Shown: positions 62,624 through 64,000 of the stretch, in pieces | Position numbering within the stretch: the stretch's first letter is position 1 | How the letters are laid out: every line of letters begins with the position of its first letter | NCBI RefSeq assembly: GCF_006345805.1 | Contig: NC_043016.1 | Location: forward strand, 25,296,001-25,360,000 | Reading direction: 5' to 3' | Length of the DNA stretch: 64,000 nt | Source of the DNA: Octopus sinensis | Lineage: Eukaryota | The notes under the pieces: generated by a model | What the model was told of the DNA's origin: nothing | Database searches by the model: none | Seen by the model: only the letters and a program-made list of their open reading frames with translations | Made by a program: the position numbers and the translations under genes

Positions 62624-62625
62624 AT
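62190..62625. repeat. Compound (TA)n/(TG)n/(CA)n microsatellite array; a similar array at about 60290-60500
   Basis: Directly visible in the sequence. Confidence 0.95.
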
Positions 62626-64000
62626 AAGTAAATAAACCTAAACAATGAAAAAATGTTTGTTGTTTTGGATTAGTGTCCTGCTATTGTAGATGTGCAAATA
62701 TTATTCAGAAATCCTATTACAGCAACTGCATTTTCCCTTTTACATTTACAAAATACTTCTTATTTATTGTTGTAAATTTTAGGAATATTTAAAAAAAATT
62801 TTATCAATATCTGTTTAGAATATTTCCAATTGGTTACTGTATTGATGATTTCATAGTTGGTATTATTTTTACTGACTAGTCAAGATAGTGTTGGCACTTG
62901 TTGATATAAATTTAATTTTTCTATATTTTGATTTCCTTGTAATGAATATTAATGAAAAGACAAGAGTGGTATCATCATTCACCCCACTTAAGTTTGTTGT
63001 TGCTGTTGTTCAGCCCCATGTGTATTCTGATTAAAGAGAACTCTGATCCCCAATGTCAGCTGTGACCATTTTGTCTTTTTTTTTTTTATTTTGTCAATAC
63101 ATCCTCTTTGTCTGTTTTCAGATGGTAGGGTGTGATTTAAGGAGAACCTAGCTGTTATTTCTTCCAAGTTAAGCCATCAATTAGAGGCTTTTTGTTGCAT
63201 TTGTTTGTGTTGGTTGTTTATTGCTCTGTTCCATTTGTCAGCCCTGATTATACAGACATATGATCGAAGGCTTTCCGGCATGAACATCCCATCTTCTTTC
63301 TAAGTTGTAGGAGGCTTTGTTGTTATCTCCACTAATTTAAGGTTTAATGTTAATCTCAGTATGACAACTTTTTCAATCTAGATTTATCTCCTACATCACA
63401 TTACAAAGACAATAATTTCTTCATTTCTAGAACAATCTGTACATGAGGAATGTTTGAAGGATCTTGGGAATAGGAAGTTCGCTAGCGGTCCCCAGCTGCA
63501 AGTATATCCCTGTTGGGAGAGCGTCTTGTTTGCTGTAGATTTTCCACAGATGCAGGGACAGGACGGGTTGAAGCCGTCAGTTGCTGGATCAGATGCTTCT
63601 GTCCACCAGAGCCCTGTTAGCCGGGTGCGGCCCTGATACCGCTGGGTGTCAGAACAATCTGCCTCGGGTGGCCCTACCAGAAACCGAAGTCTCTGACGGC
63701 ATAGCTCTGACACTCTAGTTTCACCCCCTTACCATGATGAGGAGGGGGTTGGACTTTAGAGAGATGCAGCATTGAGGATGAATGAAGCCATCTCAACCCA
63801 CGCTGGGTGAATGCTGTCTCAAGACAAGAAAGAAGAGAACAATCTGATTTCATCTTTTGAAATGTTTAGTGTCAATGGAATATCTTTTTAATTCTTTTGA
63901 GGAATAATACTTGAAATGGATAAAATTTCATTTGGTACTTCATTAGTTCAAAATCATTGCAAGCTATATGTTTCTTAATTTTACTTTGTTGTTGGTCATG

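Noticed and set aside
60208-62645. Many Y/I/V/C/H/T-rich short ORFs
   Set aside because: Translations of dinucleotide microsatellites.

Overview
AT-rich, microsatellite-dense metazoan genomic DNA, most likely a cephalopod (Octopus-like); this is inferred from the repeat families, not proven. Most of the window is one large + strand gene, the single invertebrate orthologue of ARID4A/ARID4B (RBBP1/SAP180 family chromatin co-repressor). I traced 22 coding exons by hand from 18231 to 60815 (5677 nt, about 1892 codons). All have GT-AG introns and consistent phases. They encode the N-terminal Tudor, RBB1NT/PWWP-like, ARID, chromobarrel and C-terminal coiled-coil domains, plus long Ser/Thr/Pro and polyQ/polyP insertions. 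The ATG exon and the terminal exon were not identified with confidence. The introns are filled with tRNA-derived SINEs, RTE-LINE remnants, mariner fragments, hAT and piggyBac-like MITEs and a gypsy RT fragment. The most notable unannotated structure is upstream: two long DNA palindromes (2099-2326 and 4102-4548) whose arms fold on paper into type I hammerhead ribozymes of the kind carried by Penelope-like retroelements. A perfect 112-bp palindrome lies at 20276-20387. Repeat coordinates are approximate (read by eye); no alignment, folding or database search was run.
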